Source: Myxococcales bacterium (GTDB lineage Bacteria > Desulfobacterota > Binatia > HRBIN30). Taken from it: 64,000 nt of DNA. How positions within the stretch are numbered: position 1 is the stretch's first letter; every line of letters begins with the position of its first letter. The position numbers and the translations under genes are program-made. The DNA is taken from positions 1 to 64,000 of the forward strand of contig JBBILD010000020.1 in the NCBI GenBank assembly GCA_037445065.1, read 5' to 3'. Shown piece by piece: positions 60,541-64,000 of this stretch. The notes under the pieces are model-generated. The model was not told the DNA's origin. It did no database searches and worked only from the letters and a program-made list of their open reading frames with translations.

Positions 60541-61578
60541 TCAGGAGCGAGGGCGAAAGCGAGGCATCACTTCGCTCGCGAAGCGGCGTAGGAGCGCCGG
60601 GTCGTACTCGGGCTGTATGTTCATGATGATGTGGTCCACACCCACATCCACGAAGCTCTGGATGCGCTTAGCGATTTCATCGGGAGTGCCAGCTAGCAAG
60701 GAGCGCTGGATGCGCTCTCCCGCGATCATGCGCGCACCGAGGCGAAGAACCGGCCCCGCCAGTGGTACGTCGGTGATGGAGTACAACACCAGGAAAGCCG
60801 AGACCTCGATGTCGCAGGATTTCCGCCCGGCTCGTTCGCACTCACGGTGGATGATGTTCATCCGCTCTCGAATTTCTTCGGGGCTAAGCCCGATCGGGGC
60901 GTTCCAGCCATCGCCATAGCGACCCACCAAGGGGACGATCCATTTTTTTCCTTGGCCCCCGATCACGATCGGAGGGTGAGGCTTTTGCACGTTTTTCGGA
61001 GCGAACGGGGCATTCTCCAACCAGTAGTACTTGCCCTTGAAGGACGGGTGATCTTCGGTCCACAGCTTCTTGATCACCTGCAGTGCCTCCTCGAGCCGCC
61101 GGGCCCGTTCCCGAGCGTCGTAGAACGGGAAGCCGTAGGCCCGGTGTTCGAGCTCGAACCAGCCCGCACCGATGCCGAAGTAAAGGCGTCCGTTGCTGAT
61201 GTGATCCACCGTCGTCGCCATTTTCGCGAGCAGCGCTGGGTTGCGGTAGGTGTTACCGGTGACCAGCACCCCGATGCGGATCTTCGAAGTCTGCGCAGCA
61301 AGGGCGCTGAGCAAGGTCCACCCCTCGAGGCACGGCCCATCCACGTTGGCCCCCATGATCGGGATGAAGTGATCGAACACCCAAGCACTGTCGAAGCCGA
61401 GTGCCTCGGCGTCCTTCCAAATCCTCACCAGCTCTTCGTACGTAAAATCCTGCGGCGTGGTCTGGATACCGAACAAGACTCGCTTCGGCGGCGCCGGTTG
61501 CTCTGCTGTTACCGCAGCCCCCGCGCTCAAAAACGCAGAGGCAAGGACAACGGCCAACATCCATCGCATTCTCGCCAT
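60541..61578 (-). CDS. LLM-class (probably F420-dependent) oxidoreductase with N-terminal signal peptide
   Basis: WVFDHF, EGWTLL, YRNPALLAKMATTVDHISNGRL, GIGAGW, IGGQG. AGGAGG RBS before MARMRWMLAVVLASAFLSAGAAVTA. Confidence 0.9.
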   Translation of the reverse strand: MARMRWMLAVVLASAFLSAGAAVTAEQPAPPKRVLFGIQTTPQDFTYEELVRIWKDAEALGFDSAWVFDHFIPIMGANVDGPCLEGWTLLSALAAQTSKIRIGVLVTGNTYRNPALLAKMATTVDHISNGRLYFGIGAGWFELEHRAYGFPFYDARERARRLEEALQVIKKLWTEDHPSFKGKYYWLENAPFAPKNVQKPHPPIVIGGQGKKWIVPLVGRYGDGWNAPIGLSPEEIRERMNIIHRECERAGRKSCDIEVSAFLVLYSITDVPLAGPVLRLGARMIAGERIQRSLLAGTPDEIAKRIQSFVDVGVDHIIMNIQPEYDPALLRRFASEVMPRFRPRS

Positions 61579-61865
61579 GTTCCTCCTCCTTTGCCTTCCG
61601 TACCGTTAGAAGGCGGCTCACTGTGCTGGGCGAATTTACGCGAACCGTTACGCGTCCAGGCTTGCCTGACTCACCGCCTCTGCCCGCTCGACTCGCCCGT
61701 GTCAACTGCGCGCCCAAGGGAAAGCAGCGCGCGCTCAAAGGGGCCACAACACTCCCCCAGACCGTGTCCTAGCCCGCGACTTGTCCTCGCGTTGCCGCCT
61801 GTTCGGACCAACCCAGCGCTGCCCACGCCGGCTCGCTGACTGGGTACGCGGCACAGGAGGTGAAC

Positions 61866-62615
61866 TCAGTGGATTCTGCCCGCGCGCAAGTACAAAGGCC
61901 AGCGGACTTCGCGCTGCGCCCCCGCTCCACCCCATGCCGCCAACAGTCGCGGTGCAAAGGCAATCAGCGGATCCTCTTGCCTCGCTTGCTGGTAGCGCTG
62001 CACGGCCGACCACGTGCGCAAGTACGCCACGATCTCGGCGCCGCTCCACCGGTGGCGCATCACGAAGGACGGCGCGGCAACGCGTGCAAACGGGAACTCA
62101 AGGGTCTCGTAACGTTCCTCGATCCAGCGGCGCTCCGCGGGCCAATACGGCCCGACCGTGTGCATATAAAAGTCTTCAATCAACGCATCGATTGCCGACG
62201 AGACTTCCGCCAAGCCATAGCACCACGCGGCGACCACAGCGCCGGGCACGGTCACGGCCCGCACCGCGCGATAAAAGCGCGGCCGGTCGAACCAATGCAG
62301 AGCCTGAGCAACCGTCACCAGACTCACGGAATGGGCTCCCGGTCCAGGGCCATCCTCGGCCAGTGCCACGCGAAACTCCACGCGCGGGTGCACGCGAGCT
62401 TGCACCACCTGATCGCGGCTCGCGTCCGTTGCCACCACACGCTCAAAATGCGCGGCCAGGGCAACGGCGGCTTGCCCGTTACCGGTACCCGCATCCCAAG
62501 CCAGCGTGCGGCTCGGGGCAACGCTCGCCAGCCATTGGAACAACTCCGCCGGATAGGCCGGGCGCGCCACTGCGTAGTTGGCGGCGATCGGCGAGAAATG
62601 ATCCGCAAAGCTCAC
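61866..62615 (-). CDS. Class I SAM-dependent methyltransferase
   Basis: FADHFS, RPAYP, WDAGTGNGQA, AQALHWF. Confidence 0.92.
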   Translation of the reverse strand: MSFADHFSPIAANYAVARPAYPAELFQWLASVAPSRTLAWDAGTGNGQAAVALAAHFERVVATDASRDQVVQARVHPRVEFRVALAEDGPGPGAHSVSLVTVAQALHWFDRPRFYRAVRAVTVPGAVVAAWCYGLAEVSSAIDALIEDFYMHTVGPYWPAERRWIEERYETLEFPFARVAAPSFVMRHRWSGAEIVAYLRTWSAVQRYQQARQEDPLIAFAPRLLAAWGGAGAQREVRWPLYLRAGRIH

Positions 62616-62807
62616 CGTAGACTCCTATTTCCCCGCATGGTGGCAATTCGCAACCAACGCAAGGCAGGAAGCGAGCGGAGCGATTCACCCGGACTTTCCA
62701 CAGTCTCCGCGCACCCACAGAGTGATGTAGACATTCGTCCACGGCTGATTCGGGAATACACCCTGTTGCTGCCAAGCAGCCGACGGGCCACCGGCCGTGC
62801 CTGCGCG

Positions 62808-63425
62808 CTAACCGAGGCCATGGATGCGAGCAAACGGATCCCAGCTCGGGTCGCGGTGCCACTCGTACTCGGTGCCGAGCGCCACTTGCTCCGCCACGTC
62901 TGCTCCGAACAGGCGCGCAATCACGGCCAGTGCCATGTCCATTCCCGCCGTGACTCCCGAGGACGTGACGAATTTCCCATCCTCCACCCAACGTGCCTGT
63001 TCCACCCAGTGCACGTTCGGGCCCTGGGCAGCCACCCACGCAAAGACGCGTTTGTTGGTGGTGGCACGCCGGCCGTCGAGCAGCCCGGCCGCGGCCAGCA
63101 ACGCCGCCCCGGTGCACACGCTCATCACCACCTCGGCCGCCGCAGCACGCTCGCGCAAAAAGTCGAGTAAGGCAGCGTTTTCCACTACGTTCCGAGTGCC
63201 AATGCCCCCCGGGACCAAAAGCAAATCGAGCGCAGGCGCAGCCCGCCAGTCTTGCTCCGCCACGGCTCGCGGCCCCTGTGCGCTCGCCACCTCGCCTCGC
63301 TTCTCCGCCAGCATGACGATTTGCACCATGCCATACAAAGCCCCGAACATCTCGAGCGGGCCGAACACATCGAGCAACTCGAATTCGGGAAACAAAACCA
63401 CACCCAAGGTTCGCTGTTTATCCAT
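62808..63425 (-). CDS. DJ-1/PfpI family protein
   Basis: ELLDVFGP, VPGG, SVCTG, TSSGVTAGMD. Confidence 0.92.
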   Translation of the reverse strand: MDKQRTLGVVLFPEFELLDVFGPLEMFGALYGMVQIVMLAEKRGEVASAQGPRAVAEQDWRAAPALDLLLVPGGIGTRNVVENAALLDFLRERAAAAEVVMSVCTGAALLAAAGLLDGRRATTNKRVFAWVAAQGPNVHWVEQARWVEDGKFVTSSGVTAGMDMALAVIARLFGADVAEQVALGTEYEWHRDPSWDPFARIHGLG

Positions 63426-63874
63426 GCAACCGCCCGCGCTATCACGCGGCGCAGTCAGGGGCCAGCGTTCTGTTGCTGCCTGATGCCACGCCCGTGGAAG
63501 GCACCGGCTGGACCCGGGGAGCCGCACTCAATTACGCACATCATTGCGACTCGGCCAGAGTCTTCTCCCTCGCTCCACGCCGCAGTGTGCGAGATGGAAC
63601 CACAAGGCCGTGATCCAGAAAGCTGGAGCAGAGCAGTAGGAACCGTTCAGGGTTCCTCACGGCAGCTTTCCGCCGAACGCCAAGTACCCCGGATCGAACG
63701 AGCAGTCAGCGGTGGACCGCCACGGCCGCGAGTGCACACCAGTGTCGCGCTTGTCCCTGCACCCGCGCTTTTGTCAACGGCCGAACCCCTCTGAGCGGCG
63801 CAAAAAGCGCTCTCCGCTTCCCAAAGAGAGGAGCGTGTGGAAAGCACACAAGAGACACGGAAAGGAGCCGGCCG

Positions 63875-64000
63875 ATGGCCTCGTTTTTGATGGTCGAAGA
63901 AGGGCAAGGAATCGCCCGCATGACGCTCAACCGGCCTGAGAAGCGCAACGCACTCTGCCGTGCCCTGCGCCGGGAGATCGTACAAGCGTTGGAGCGCTTC
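63875..64000 (+). CDS. Enoyl-CoA hydratase/isomerase (5' fragment)
   Basis: AAGGAG RBS, MASFLMVEEGQGIARMTLNRPEKRNAL. Runs off the right edge. Confidence 0.8.
   Translation, partial: MASFLMVEEGQGIARMTLNRPEKRNALCRALRREIVQALERF

Overview
GC-rich bacterial chromosomal segment. Dockerin-like 'GDCxGDGxVTVDEL' secreted proteins with Pro/Thr linkers, an F420-type LLM enzyme, a P450 and exosortase H suggest Candidatus Binatia (Binatota); this taxonomy is inference only. The main feature is a type III-B CRISPR effector operon, cas10(cmr2)-cmr3-cmr4-cmr5-cmr6-cmr1 (5132-13017), with HD and GGDD motifs present. It is followed by a CARF-HEPN (TIGR02710/Csm6-like) ancillary nuclease gene broken by three 1-nt frameshifts. 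No cas6, cas1/2 or clear array is present in the window, but there are repeat-like hairpins upstream of cas10. Other content: three dispersed GTAG-type REP/REPIN clusters, two of them next to decayed dockerin-like genes; exosortase H with its partner and a likely IPTL-CTERM-type substrate; a ~1870-aa GAF/coiled-coil/pseudo-receiver protein; an FG-GAP plus disintegrin-like secreted protein; a signal-peptide-bearing LLM enzyme; a stand-alone murE; tRNA-Ala(GGC); and lipid-metabolism and housekeeping genes.
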